A program made the position numbers and the translations under genes. This document shows positions 40,815 through 51,167 of a DNA stretch of 64,000 bases, piece by piece. Numbering within the stretch: position 1 is the first letter of the stretch; each line of letters starts with the position of its first letter. Source of the stretch: a virus; the IMG/VR virus record IMGVR_UViG_3300005613_000019, positions 1 through 64,000 of that record; one strand, 5' to 3'. Below the pieces are notes generated by a model. It was not told the DNA's origin and ran no database searches. It was given only the letters and a program-made list of their open reading frames with translations.

Positions 40815-41132
40815 TTAATTTAAATATTTTTCTATTATAGCCTCAAGACTGTCATCTAAATCAAAATAATTACTAGCTGTAATAACCCAATGACCTGTAC
40901 ATATACGGTCCAATACAGACTTCATCCAATACTCTGAACCTAAACTTACATTAACAACGTTAAGCTTGTTAGCTTCCCTAACAAGCTTAACCCCATTTAT
41001 ATACCTTACAGATGCCTCAAATGCCCTACGAAATGCCTCAGACTTTGACCTTATTATATAAGTAAAAGCAGTCATGTCATGAAACACGACTGCTTTGTTT
41101 ATAAAATCATTACTCACTACGTAATACTTCAC
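40815..41132 (-). CDS. hypothetical protein
   Basis: ORF in the operon, overlapping the upstream ORF. Confidence 0.55.
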   Translation of the reverse strand: MKYYVVSNDFINKAVVFHDMTAFTYIIRSKSEAFRRAFEASVRYINGVKLVREANKLNVVNVSLGSEYWMKSVLDRICTGHWVITASNYFDLDDSLEAIIEKYLN

Positions 41133-41307
41133 TGAAATCCCTCCCTACCTCAAAAGATATTACTTCCCTCAACATACCAAACATAATAAAAACATCTATT
41201 AACCCTAAGACAACCTCAGAATTATAAACTATAAAATCGTCATCGCCCATAATAGAGTCTACTAATAAAAAACTTTTATCCCTTATCTTTAAACTTAAGT
41301 TCTCCAC
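41110..41307 (-). CDS. hypothetical protein
   Basis: Fills the gap in the operon. Confidence 0.45.
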   Translation of the reverse strand: MENLSLKIRDKSFLLVDSIMGDDDFIVYNSEVVLGLIDVFIMFGMLREVISFEVGRDFSEVLRSE

Positions 41308-41312
41308 AATAC

Positions 41313-41411
41313 TTATTTATCTTTCTTATCCTTCTTCTTAGAATCTTTATCTTCCTTTAAATCCTTTACCGGACCTAAAACCTTTCCATCACCTTTACCA
41401 GTCTTCTTCAT
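41313..41411 (-). CDS. 32-aa Lys/Asp-rich peptide (not in ORF track)
   Basis: MKKTGKGDGKVLGPVKDLKEDKDSKKKDKKDK*; ATGA overlap with the upstream gene; GGAG upstream. Confidence 0.5.
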   Translation of the reverse strand: MKKTGKGDGKVLGPVKDLKEDKDSKKKDKKDK

Positions 41412-42493
41412 AATACTCTCTCCATAGTCTCTACATCAAAATATACACCGTCAACATCTACTACCTTCCTACCATCAAGATAGTAGATGTCACCATCTAC
41501 TATCTTTCTCTCGATAATAGAATTAGACAACTCCTCGTAATTATCACTCGATAACCACTCAACTAAATAATCAATAGGTGAATATGAACCATAATACATA
41601 TTATGTACATATAATACTCCACCATCCTCAACTATTACTTCACTAGTTAAATTCTTGAACTTCCCCCTCAAGTTTATAAAATGAACTTCTTCCAAACTAC
41701 TGTTTGGAAGAAGTTCTACTAAGTCTACTAAATACTCAGTAGGAGCATTTATAACCTTAACATCACCTATAAAAACAGATCTATTATCTATCTCTAAACC
41801 ATTAACCTTAGACCGATCCCTTATCACAGGTATAAACTCACCTAAACAATTTCCATGTATTAAATACCTGCCAGATCCAAAAAGATCACATAAACTAAAT
41901 ACACTGTAAATATTACCGTTGAAAGCACTACATAAAGGACACCCATCTAAACACTTAAACTTGCACTCCGTAAAGCCTAAATCCTTTAAAGACATTAACT
42001 GAGCTAAAGAATCTATTATCCCATGATCTATGCCAACACTACTAGTTAAGTACTTTACCATGTACTTCTCATTTGAAGACACTATTAAATCAATCTCCTT
42101 AAAAGCTACACCAGTTAACTTCTTAGACTTTATCTCTAAAAAATTGTAATTGGATAATATTCTTCTCTTTACTTCAACATAATGATCAAAATATTGACCA
42201 TTTCCTAAACAACTGTCCTTAGCATACTCACATAAATCATCAGTTAAACCATTATCATATAACTCAATGTCCGGCTTGTTAACTAAATCTTTGTAAGAGT
42301 GTATTCCAGATAATTGAAAATTTAAACGACCTCTAGGCTTGTCTACCCTAGACATTAACTCCGCTGAACCATCTCCTACCAAAAAACTGTCAAATTCCTT
42401 TAACTCTTCAACTTCAGGATATGAATCTAGCATATCCTGAAGTTGCTTGTCTAATAACTCTTTAGATAATTCCCCACACTTTTTAACATCCAT
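41408..42493 (-). CDS. MuF/SPP1 gp7-like minor head protein
   Basis: Follows the portal; 'GCPLCSAFNGNIY...IHGNC' resembles the MuF C..C...H.NC motif. Confidence 0.6.
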   Translation of the reverse strand: MDVKKCGELSKELLDKQLQDMLDSYPEVEELKEFDSFLVGDGSAELMSRVDKPRGRLNFQLSGIHSYKDLVNKPDIELYDNGLTDDLCEYAKDSCLGNGQYFDHYVEVKRRILSNYNFLEIKSKKLTGVAFKEIDLIVSSNEKYMVKYLTSSVGIDHGIIDSLAQLMSLKDLGFTECKFKCLDGCPLCSAFNGNIYSVFSLCDLFGSGRYLIHGNCLGEFIPVIRDRSKVNGLEIDNRSVFIGDVKVINAPTEYLVDLVELLPNSSLEEVHFINLRGKFKNLTSEVIVEDGGVLYVHNMYYGSYSPIDYLVEWLSSDNYEELSNSIIERKIVDGDIYYLDGRKVVDVDGVYFDVETMERVL

Positions 42494-42498
42494 CTTAG

Positions 42499-44352
42499 CT
42501 ACCTCACATCAGAACCACCAGGACCAGGACTATCTAATGACATGTCAGAAGGTCCTGTTCCGTCTGCTGAGCCTGGAGGACCAGCCATACCTGGTTCCGT
42601 ATCCCCACCAAGACCTCCACCGCTAGAAGGCAACCCAGACGAACCTGGAGGTCTCGCCCCTCCTCCAGCTGTTCCAGGAGGCTTACCCTTTTGCATGTTC
42701 TTCTGCTCAAATTTGCCCTTTAAACCACCTAATTCTTTATTAAGTATATGCTCCCTCTCAGCAAACTCTTTGGCCGATTTAGTAGTCTCTTCCTTCCAGT
42801 CTAACCCAGCTATAGATCCAACACTGTCTAACGATATGTCAAATCCAAAATTCCTTAACTGAGAATATGCAGTCAATAACTCAGAATCTACAGCAGGATC
42901 TAACTTGTTCCTCCATTTAAGCCTTGGCTTAATATATAGATTAGAATCCTGCTTCTCCTGAGCAGTCCTCTTAACTCTATATCTGTGAGCTACCTCAGAG
43001 GGTTTTGACTTGGTCCAATCATTTATCTGAATAATAGGTTGAAAAAACTTCGGGAGTATCCAAGTGTTCTCAAAAAACTGACGCATGGACAAAAGTCTTC
43101 GTAAGAAGACTTGCAATCCGCTCTTGGCAGAGGAAAAGGTTGTCTCCCCCGTCATAAAGCTCTTAGATAAGCCTAGAGCTAAGAGCTTTACTTGCTCAAT
43201 CGTGCTGTGCTCTCGTGAGAGAGTCACAGCACGTTCGTTGATTCCTACAGTCTCGAATTGTATACCATAATTATAAATCAACCACGATCCAGGATCAATT
43301 TCACTCTGCATTAGCAGCCTTTGAAGATTAGCTTCAGCCTCTGGGCCTGGAATCCATCCTGAAGCCTGGTCCCCAATTTTGGCCACTCTTAACGGGCTAG
43401 CAGCACGCCTAAAAGTTTGGATGGTGGAATTATAGACTGCGTCTTCCACCATCCAAATCCTCCACATACGGCTAGCAAGGCTTACACCCCTTTCATCATA
43501 GGGGTGTAATTTCCTCGGAATATATGAACAATTAAGTGGTGAAAGTCTGATTTTTTGTCTTGCTAAAACTTTTGAAACAAATTCAGAAGGAAGTTTTTGT
43601 CTCAACTCCTGAGACTCAGGAGTTGTATCCAACAACATATTTCTAAGATTATCATCTGGTATAAAATAAATAATTGGATCCATATCAATAATAGGAGAAT
43701 CCTGAATATCAATATAATCTGGATCATGAAAACCTATATAAGACCATTTGTTAGTCTTATCATCAAAAAAATTATGAGGGAGAACCTCACCCGTTACTAA
43801 ATACTCTTTAACCATACTTTGTAGTTTTTCTAATAGAAAAACATCATCAGCCATGTCTTCAAGTTCGTTTTTAAGAGTTTGGTCACTTTGATTTTCAAGA
43901 ATGATGTCAAATTCTGAAACCATCATTTGAGAGTACATATCAACGGCAGTACCAAAAACTGGATCATACTTATAAAACATTCTCCAATATTTATTAGCAA
44001 CTGCTCGATCATGAGGGTAGAATTGTCTTTCAGGAGAATCAAATTCAGGTAAATAGGGTCTTTGTGTATGAAAATTTGAAGATCCATAACCTCCAGACAT
44101 AGATGACCCACCAGTAAAAGGAGCAAACACGTCTGCCTTTTTAGATCCTACAGCTAGAGTATGCCCCTCTGGGAGAACTTCTCTAGCCATTTCTTGTCTA
44201 ATAGAATCTTGGTTAGATGTAACCAATCTAGGTTGCATAGACTCAGCTCTGGCCCTCATACGATCCCTAAAATCATCCGAAGCACCAATTCTCGCGTTAG
44301 CTATATTTGATCGTTCTCTGGCTAGTTCTTTAACATCTTTTTTATAGGACAT
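42499..44352 (-). CDS. portal protein
   Basis: Motifs 'DPVFGTAVD', 'EYLVTGEV', 'DERGVSL', 'LALGLSK', 'PRLKW'; Gly/Pro-rich C-terminal tail. Confidence 0.85.
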   Translation of the reverse strand: MSYKKDVKELARERSNIANARIGASDDFRDRMRARAESMQPRLVTSNQDSIRQEMAREVLPEGHTLAVGSKKADVFAPFTGGSSMSGGYGSSNFHTQRPYLPEFDSPERQFYPHDRAVANKYWRMFYKYDPVFGTAVDMYSQMMVSEFDIILENQSDQTLKNELEDMADDVFLLEKLQSMVKEYLVTGEVLPHNFFDDKTNKWSYIGFHDPDYIDIQDSPIIDMDPIIYFIPDDNLRNMLLDTTPESQELRQKLPSEFVSKVLARQKIRLSPLNCSYIPRKLHPYDERGVSLASRMWRIWMVEDAVYNSTIQTFRRAASPLRVAKIGDQASGWIPGPEAEANLQRLLMQSEIDPGSWLIYNYGIQFETVGINERAVTLSREHSTIEQVKLLALGLSKSFMTGETTFSSAKSGLQVFLRRLLSMRQFFENTWILPKFFQPIIQINDWTKSKPSEVAHRYRVKRTAQEKQDSNLYIKPRLKWRNKLDPAVDSELLTAYSQLRNFGFDISLDSVGSIAGLDWKEETTKSAKEFAEREHILNKELGGLKGKFEQKNMQKGKPPGTAGGGARPPGSSGLPSSGGGLGGDTEPGMAGPPGSADGTGPSDMSLDSPGPGGSDVR

Positions 44353-44355
44353 GGT

Positions 44356-44853
44356 TTAGTCTTTCTCAATCATTAAATATATAGAATCAAATGACTCTTT
44401 AGTCATATTATCAGGAAGGTTCAATTCATTTATTGAAAATAAATGCAATTGAACCTCTGAGTCCCCTATATAATAAAACTCATACCATTTTTGTTTCTTA
44501 AGTTTTACTTCAGCTAACAAGTCTTTATAGTCTTCATTAAAATTTAACAATAATGTTTTGACTTCATCTTCAAAACCCTGCATTATTTGTAACTTACCGT
44601 TAGCCCTCACATAAGAACCATCTACTTTTACTAAATAAGAGTCTAATAATTCGAGTCTTTTTTGATCATACTGTAAAGATTCTTCAGTAGGCTCAAGAAA
44701 ACTATCTCGAATTTGAATCAAATTCTCTACCTCTTTTTTAAGAATTTCAATGTTTTGCTGTATTTTTATATGAACAGCAACAGCGCACTTTATTTGTGCG
44801 CTGTTGCTGGAAGTGAGGAATTCCAATAATTTTTGAACTTCAAAGTTTTTCAC
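44356..44853 (-). CDS. helical hypothetical protein, possible fibre chaperone
   Basis: Follows the large fibre gene; SD AAGGAG with GTG start. Confidence 0.5.
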   Translation of the reverse strand: MKNFEVQKLLEFLTSSNSAQIKCAVAVHIKIQQNIEILKKEVENLIQIRDSFLEPTEESLQYDQKRLELLDSYLVKVDGSYVRANGKLQIMQGFEDEVKTLLLNFNEDYKDLLAEVKLKKQKWYEFYYIGDSEVQLHLFSINELNLPDNMTKESFDSIYLMIEKD

Positions 44854-44921
44854 AGTTTAGGTCTCCTTTTTATTAAAATACCCCTTTTAGTTCAAAATTA
44901 GAGGATTATAATATCCCAGTA

Positions 44922-47900
44922 TTAATCTCTTCTATAACCGTAAATTCTTAAGTCTTCAATTAGACAATTAGATTGATAAGTTTGATTATAAAATGCTCCA
45001 ACTTCTAAGCGATCCGTATAAAAAGGCATTTCACAATCAGTATCAGCTACCCCATCTGGAGTTCCATCAATTTCAATATCTAAATTGTCATCTTCTAAAT
45101 AAGTTAAAATAGAATGTTTTACGCCGTCAACTACTACAGTAGTAGAATCCACACTACCAGAAGTTCCGTTAAAAGCAGTAAAAGCTACATAGTGCTCAGC
45201 TGTAGGATTAAGGTATGGTGAAAATCTTTCAGTAGCTGATCCGCCATCATTAATATCTAAAACTCTATGATTATCCGAGGCATCATAAGAATCTGATAAA
45301 ACATTAAAACCTACAGTTCTTCTTTGATTATCTACAATGTTTCCATCAGAACCATCATACTCAAGTTCATCTTTAAGCCTAGTTGCAGCAGCTGTAGTTG
45401 TAGGTACATAGGAAGTGGCGTAACCGAGTCCATTGCACTCAACCTGAAAACCCCACATATAGCCATTGACTGTTACTCCGTCGCCTGCAAAATCATCGTC
45501 GTTATCTGCATTCGCGATCTTGAATTTGATGGTGTGGGCAGCTGCTGTGCCGGTTACGATTGCAATACATCTGACTGTATCGTTGTATTTGCCAGGCTCG
45601 ATATACAGCGCATCAATACCGGCTCCAGGAGTTGCACCAACAACACCGTTGTCAATGTCGAAAAAGGCTTTGCAATCAGCTATTGTTTCATCTTCGATGC
45701 ATATCCAGGTTTTATCACCTTTCTTTGCGTAACAGGAAATAGCAGTTGATGTAGCTGTAAGCGTACATACCTTTGTTATACCGTGTTCGGTGTCGGTTGA
45801 ATCTGCAATAATACCGTCCATGGTTGTTTCACCGTTTGGAGCATCAATAGCGTTTAAGTCGAAAGTATCGGCCAAGTTAATAGGCCATTGATTTTCGTAT
45901 ACTTTTACATCGTCGAAATCAACAACACCAGAAGAAGAACTAGAACCTATATATATAACTGCCGAGATGGCAATAAGAGTTATGTCAAAGCCCTGCCAAT
46001 CTGTAGAAGAAGTACCTGTCCATTGCCCAAACCCACAATAAATATAGGGTAGAGCACCTCCACTAACAGACCTGGCAACTCCAGTAACCCTATAAGTTTT
46101 GCCAACAGTGCAAACAGTTTGACTCGCATAGAAGGTAGCAGCTGTGGAGGTAATTCTTAAATGTTGGGTACCTTGATATAATGGAGCAGTTGTATCTTTT
46201 GTTAAAACAGAATCAAGTGCTGTCCAATCACCAACCCCAACAGCTTCCATATCGCCGTCTACAATAACGTCGGTTACTGCTGACATATCCTCAGACTGCA
46301 ACGCTAGGTTCTCAGCCTCTGGCTCAGGTAAATAACCATACATATCATTAGCTAAAGAATCTTTTCTATGGCACATGCGCAACCATTCAGCGCCAACTTG
46401 GTAAAGTTTACTTGAACCATCAGATTCAATTTTATCTAAATATGCAGGAAAAGTTCTTGTTGCCGTTGTTGGCATATAAGTACCCTTAGCCAATTGTGGA
46501 TAAACTCCTGATAATTTTGTAAATCTTTCAGCGGATATTGTTGCCCATTCGGCGGGGCCTGATGCACCGGCTTGATGCCATGAGGCTTTTTTCCACATTG
46601 CGAGGTAGGCGATGTTGGAATTTGTAGGTGTCGATGCCGACACATTAGAACCTATATTAAAAAAACTATTTGTCATATCTCCAACGGAAGAACAGTCAAT
46701 CCCAGAACCAGACACGTTTCCGTTAACGTACCACTTAGCACCATTGGTGGAGGCTTCATCTCTATTACAAAAGACTAATGCATGATACCATTTATTATGT
46801 GTACCTTGGCTTGGTGCTGCTTGAATTGCTACAGTATTAACACCGTCCCCTATCCTCAAATAATAACTACCAGATCCAGATCCATCGTTAACCATAAAAT
46901 AACCATTTGTTGAAGAAAAACAATCAAAAAGATATTCAATTGTATCTTGTGCTTTCCATATAATTTCAACTACAAAATCTTCTGTACCAATTTGGCAAGC
47001 AGTGTTAGAGGCATCTTTGTAATAATCAGAAACATTGAACTTCACCGAATCATCATCCGTGCCAAGCAATGGAGAGCCATCATTATAAGTTGGAGGAGTA
47101 GCTACAGCAATCCTTGATAAAGTCTCGCCACCAACTCTAGGCACCCAACCCGTTGCATCAGCGTCTCCACCGTAATACACATAAGATGCAGTTACTGTGG
47201 AACCGTTGATAGTTAAATCGCTGTCAAGGTTTGCTACTCCGGGTTTTGTTGCGCCGGTAGAATCAAAATCAAATAGTCTAAATCTTTGAAAACCTTCAAA
47301 ATCGCCGCTTGGGATTATATCATTATAAATTCTGAGGCTTGAGATTAGGCAAAATGATTGCAATACAGCTGTACTACTTTGACCAACGCTAATTCTATCA
47401 ATATCATCCGGCATATCACAACTTGTATCAGTGGCTCCGTCAACATAATTTCTTGTTGCTGTTAAACTGTTTGTTATAAACCTACTCCTGTAATGTTGTA
47501 TTTCTCCGTTTACTGAATCACCAGCATTTGATGAAACGCCAGGATTTCCGCCACTAGCAGCCGTCGCACATGCTGTAACATTCCCACCAAAATAAACATA
47601 ATTAAGAATACTATCAGCAGCTGAACCCCCATCAGACACGGCTAATAAGTGAGAGGTTTTAAGTAAGTCAAAATCTTCATATAAAAAATCAAGCACAAAA
47701 GTACCTTGTTTCTCATTTATATAAGCACCATCATTAGCAACATATCTTAATTGATCTTTAAGTCTAGTAGCTGCTCCAGCATCGGTAATAATCTGAGAAG
47801 TCATATAATCGTTTTTTTCACACTGAGCGCCCCAAAAATAGGTATTAGTTGTTGCGCCGTCTCCAGAAAAGTCATCATCAGTATCAGCATGAGCAGACAC

Positions 47901-49367
47901 AACTCTAAGTGTATGAGCAGCTACAGTTCCAGTAAACCTTATACCAACCCTATAAGAATCATTAAAATAAGGGCCTATTATGTAAGCCTCATCAGAACCG
48001 GCACCTTTGGTTCCTAAAACACCATTTGTTACGTCAAAATAACAATAACAATTAGCTACAGTTGTATTCTCAATCTTTACCCAGTCTTTATTACCAGGTT
48101 TAACAAAACAAGAAAACACATAAGTATCAGCGGTTAATGTAGGTCCTATTGAAAACCCATGTTGAGTGTCAGTTGCATCTCCTACAATACCATCCATGAC
48201 TTGTCTTCCGTCTGGACAGTTATCTGCATTAGCGTCTATACTATCACCAGCCGTTATTTTAGCCCAAGTTGTTGAAAAATCTTCTGACTCCACAATTAAA
48301 TTTTCCATTTCAAGCTCGGGAAAATAACCATAAGTATAGTTGGAACCATCATAACGCGAACACATTCTAAGCCACTCAGATCCTACATTATATAGTTTTA
48401 TATATCCACTTTCATATTTATCCAAATAAGCTTGGTAAGTTCTAGTATTAACACTCGGCATCGCTGTTTCAGATTTATAAAGCTCTGGATATTGACCTGT
48501 TAATTTTACAAAACGTTCTTTGGCGATTAGAGCCCATTCGGCGGGGCCAGCTGCACCGGCTTGATGCCATGAGGCTTTTTTCCACATTGCGAGGTAGGCG
48601 ATGTTTGAGTCAAAAGAGGTTAAACCATTATGAGATGCACCTATTGTAAAATAATCAGCGTTTGCCAAAGTCAAAGCATTGCTGCTGAAATCAGCACTAT
48701 CAGCCAATGCTCCATTGATGTAAAGGTTTGCACCATCTGCTGATGCCTCATCACGATTTACGAAAATTAACACATGATTCCATGTGCCTAATGTTGTTGC
48801 ATCTACCCAAGTGAATCCGCCGCCATCATTTATCACAAAATAAAAAGCACCTGCATTGTTTTGGTACATATAATAGGTACTGCCCTTTGAAAATAATCTA
48901 AGATTACTAGCCGTACCACCGTTCCTACTTTTCCAAATAACTTCAATAACAAAATCTTCTGTGGCAATATTCAACGCATCTGCTGATGCAGCGCGATAAT
49001 AATCACTTTCGTGAAACAATACCGAATCATCGTCAGATCCAAGCAATGGAGAGCCATCATTATAAGTTGGAGGAGTAGCTACTGCAACCCTCGATAAAGT
49101 TGCACCCCCAACTTGTGGCACCCAACCCGTTGCATCTGCATCACCTCCATAATACACATAAGAGGCTGTTTCTGTAGAACTATTGATTGTCAAATCACTG
49201 TCAAGGTTTGCTACTCCAGATAAATAAGTAGAAGAACTAGTTTTATGTAACGGACCCCACCAAGTGGTATCATTAACTTTTTTGATATGCCTATAAGGTA
49301 TACCATTAATTTTACCAACATTCTGAAGACTTATTCCGTTTATTTTATTAACATCATTGTTAGCCAT
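44922..49367 (-). CDS. large fibre/adhesin with two duplicated LamG (ConA-like) units and CBM-like domains
   Basis: Two ~660-aa homologous halves ('EDFV.E.IWK', 'W.H.L.F.NRDEAS', 'NIAYLAMWKK'); 'WGAQ.E' and 'DGDME...DDVKVY' CBM-like motifs. Confidence 0.75.
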   Translation of the reverse strand: MANNDVNKINGISLQNVGKINGIPYRHIKKVNDTTWWGPLHKTSSSTYLSGVANLDSDLTINSSTETASYVYYGGDADATGWVPQVGGATLSRVAVATPPTYNDGSPLLGSDDDSVLFHESDYYRAASADALNIATEDFVIEVIWKSRNGGTASNLRLFSKGSTYYMYQNNAGAFYFVINDGGGFTWVDATTLGTWNHVLIFVNRDEASADGANLYINGALADSADFSSNALTLANADYFTIGASHNGLTSFDSNIAYLAMWKKASWHQAGAAGPAEWALIAKERFVKLTGQYPELYKSETAMPSVNTRTYQAYLDKYESGYIKLYNVGSEWLRMCSRYDGSNYTYGYFPELEMENLIVESEDFSTTWAKITAGDSIDANADNCPDGRQVMDGIVGDATDTQHGFSIGPTLTADTYVFSCFVKPGNKDWVKIENTTVANCYCYFDVTNGVLGTKGAGSDEAYIIGPYFNDSYRVGIRFTGTVAAHTLRVVSAHADTDDDFSGDGATTNTYFWGAQCEKNDYMTSQIITDAGAATRLKDQLRYVANDGAYINEKQGTFVLDFLYEDFDLLKTSHLLAVSDGGSAADSILNYVYFGGNVTACATAASGGNPGVSSNAGDSVNGEIQHYRSRFITNSLTATRNYVDGATDTSCDMPDDIDRISVGQSSTAVLQSFCLISSLRIYNDIIPSGDFEGFQRFRLFDFDSTGATKPGVANLDSDLTINGSTVTASYVYYGGDADATGWVPRVGGETLSRIAVATPPTYNDGSPLLGTDDDSVKFNVSDYYKDASNTACQIGTEDFVVEIIWKAQDTIEYLFDCFSSTNGYFMVNDGSGSGSYYLRIGDGVNTVAIQAAPSQGTHNKWYHALVFCNRDEASTNGAKWYVNGNVSGSGIDCSSVGDMTNSFFNIGSNVSASTPTNSNIAYLAMWKKASWHQAGASGPAEWATISAERFTKLSGVYPQLAKGTYMPTTATRTFPAYLDKIESDGSSKLYQVGAEWLRMCHRKDSLANDMYGYLPEPEAENLALQSEDMSAVTDVIVDGDMEAVGVGDWTALDSVLTKDTTAPLYQGTQHLRITSTAATFYASQTVCTVGKTYRVTGVARSVSGGALPYIYCGFGQWTGTSSTDWQGFDITLIAISAVIYIGSSSSSGVVDFDDVKVYENQWPINLADTFDLNAIDAPNGETTMDGIIADSTDTEHGITKVCTLTATSTAISCYAKKGDKTWICIEDETIADCKAFFDIDNGVVGATPGAGIDALYIEPGKYNDTVRCIAIVTGTAAAHTIKFKIANADNDDDFAGDGVTVNGYMWGFQVECNGLGYATSYVPTTTAAATRLKDELEYDGSDGNIVDNQRRTVGFNVLSDSYDASDNHRVLDINDGGSATERFSPYLNPTAEHYVAFTAFNGTSGSVDSTTVVVDGVKHSILTYLEDDNLDIEIDGTPDGVADTDCEMPFYTDRLEVGAFYNQTYQSNCLIEDLRIYGYRRD

Positions 49368-49403
49368 ATTGTATAGCTCCTATAAATCCACACTATCCAA
49401 AAA

Positions 49404-50795
49404 TTAAACTATTTCTATAAACAGAGTATTCGGATTAAAATATATTATTGCTGAGGTAATAGCAAAACCTATAGGCTGCATATAATCACCAATGCCGGAT
49501 GGTACAGTTTGAGTAATTCCACCGGCAGTTGTACTAGCGTACAACGTGCCTCCAGGTGTCCAAGCCCAGGAGTCATCTCTCATGACTCCTTGAAACAGTA
49601 AAAGCTTATTAGCGCCAGCACCTGTATCAATAGCCAAAGCCCTACAAGGCATTGTACCTACTGCATCAGCATCACAAGCTTGATAAGTTCCTGCATTATC
49701 CAAATATAAAGCATATCCAAAAGTTGCAGCAGGTCCTACTGTTCCTTCAATTTCAATACCATGCGCAGTAGTATCCGCTAAATTTGTAGATAGTGGTATA
49801 TTAATTCCAGTCCCGTTATATAAAAATATTGATCCAGCAGAAACCAAGCTTATATCACTACCATCCGACTCAATTTCAATAGAATCACCTCCCAATGAAA
49901 CAGCACCATCAGAATCTAAATTAAGACTAGTAGTAGTTGCTACGTCTACAGTTGCTGAGTCAACGTCTATTGTTGCACCAGCGTTAGAAATATCAATATC
50001 ATTAGCACCGTCCCCTGTAAGGGCCAGAATACCTCCGTCAGATTCTACAGTGACAGACGCCCCACCTATAGAGGTGGCGGCGTCTGAATCCATTGTAAGG
50101 GCTCCAGCTGCGTCCAGATCGAGGGTAGACGTTGTTTCGATGTCTACGACATCGGAATCAACGTCGATTGTTGCACCAGCGTTAGAAATGTCAATATCGT
50201 TAGCACCGTCCCCAGTGATAGCCAGGATACCACCGTCAGCTTCTACAGTGACAGACGCTCCACCTATAGAGGTGGCGGCGTCTGAATCCACTGTAAGGGC
50301 TCCAGTAGAGTCTAAGTCAAGCGTACCTGAAGTAACCAAATCAATATTTCTAAGGGCAGTTTCTAAGTCAATTGCAGCGTCTGCTTTTCGAATAAGTTGA
50401 AAATATTCTGCAGACGTATCAATTAATTTAAATCCGTAAGTTGTCCCTGTAACTTGTTCAATATCAATTGTAAAGTCTTGAGTACCTACTAATGTATAAT
50501 ATAGACCGCTAGATGAAGGAACAACTCCAGACGAATCAATATATTTCCATTGTCCTATTTGATTTGAAGTAAAAACAGTTCCATCAAGTTTAGCAATTAT
50601 CTCACTTGAATCTACCAGATTGCACAGTGTATCAATGAATAATATATCATGTTGAATGTCTGATAAATCTATGTTTACTGTTGTATTTTTAAGTACGACT
50701 ACATTATAGCCCTCATCTCCTTCAATAGATAAAGATTTAGGTGTACCCAAAGTATGCGTGTTATTTATAAGAGTTACCGTATGTGATACTGTCAT
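49404..50795 (-). CDS. fibre/decoration protein with beta-helix-like repeats and C-terminal beta-tulip/DUF2190-like domain
   Basis: Internal 66-aa repeat; C-terminal domain paralogous to that of 53077..54516. Confidence 0.6.
   Translation of the reverse strand: MTVSHTVTLINNTHTLGTPKSLSIEGDEGYNVVVLKNTTVNIDLSDIQHDILFIDTLCNLVDSSEIIAKLDGTVFTSNQIGQWKYIDSSGVVPSSSGLYYTLVGTQDFTIDIEQVTGTTYGFKLIDTSAEYFQLIRKADAAIDLETALRNIDLVTSGTLDLDSTGALTVDSDAATSIGGASVTVEADGGILAITGDGANDIDISNAGATIDVDSDVVDIETTSTLDLDAAGALTMDSDAATSIGGASVTVESDGGILALTGDGANDIDISNAGATIDVDSATVDVATTTSLNLDSDGAVSLGGDSIEIESDGSDISLVSAGSIFLYNGTGINIPLSTNLADTTAHGIEIEGTVGPAATFGYALYLDNAGTYQACDADAVGTMPCRALAIDTGAGANKLLLFQGVMRDDSWAWTPGGTLYASTTAGGITQTVPSGIGDYMQPIGFAITSAIIYFNPNTLFIEIV
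49955..50305. repeat. intragenic ~198-bp-period direct repeat
   Basis: 'gaggtggcggcgtctgaatcca' occurs at 50071 and 50269; the protein repeats DSDAATSIGGASVTVE.DGGILA.TGDGANDIDISNAGATIDVDS. Confidence 0.9.
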
Positions 50796-50840
50796 AGCTG
50801 CTCCCTCTATGAAAAAATGTATAGTATTACAATCATAGCT

Positions 50841-50862
50841 AGTTTATCATAAATATATTCGG
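50841..50862 (-). promoter_or_regulatory. candidate late promoter CCGAAT-N10-TAAACT
   Basis: Copy of the recurring motif, with extended -10 TG. Confidence 0.6.
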
Positions 50863-50891
50863 TAGACTAAAGGCAGGAAAAATATTTTAAG

Positions 50892-51152
50892 TTAAGTCCA
50901 AACTTCCCAATCTAGTGCTAATACTTTCAATCTGTATTTTGTACCTTCTTTAAATATAAGCATAGTATCTTCATCATCTATACCTGATGAAAAAGAAAGA
51001 GCAGCTCCAGACTCTGTTAAAACTGTACCTCCACTAACTGAAGAACTAGTTATAGATCTACTACCTGATCCGTCTTGAACAACAGTAACTATCCACATAC
51101 CATCACCTATATTTCCTGTATCTACTATAGTCATAGTATAGTTTACAGTCAT
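50892..51152 (-). CDS. small fibre-associated beta protein
   Basis: 'VVQDGSGSRSIT' motif of the kind common at tail-fibre C-termini. Confidence 0.5.
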   Translation of the reverse strand: MTVNYTMTIVDTGNIGDGMWIVTVVQDGSGSRSITSSSVSGGTVLTESGAALSFSSGIDDEDTMLIFKEGTKYRLKVLALDWEVWT

Positions 51153-51167
51153 ATTATTTATACATTA

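Noticed and set aside
46543-49220. Possible DGR template/variable repeat pair
   Set aside because: Both copies are coding within one ORF, differences are not adenine-specific, and no reverse transcriptase is present in the window.
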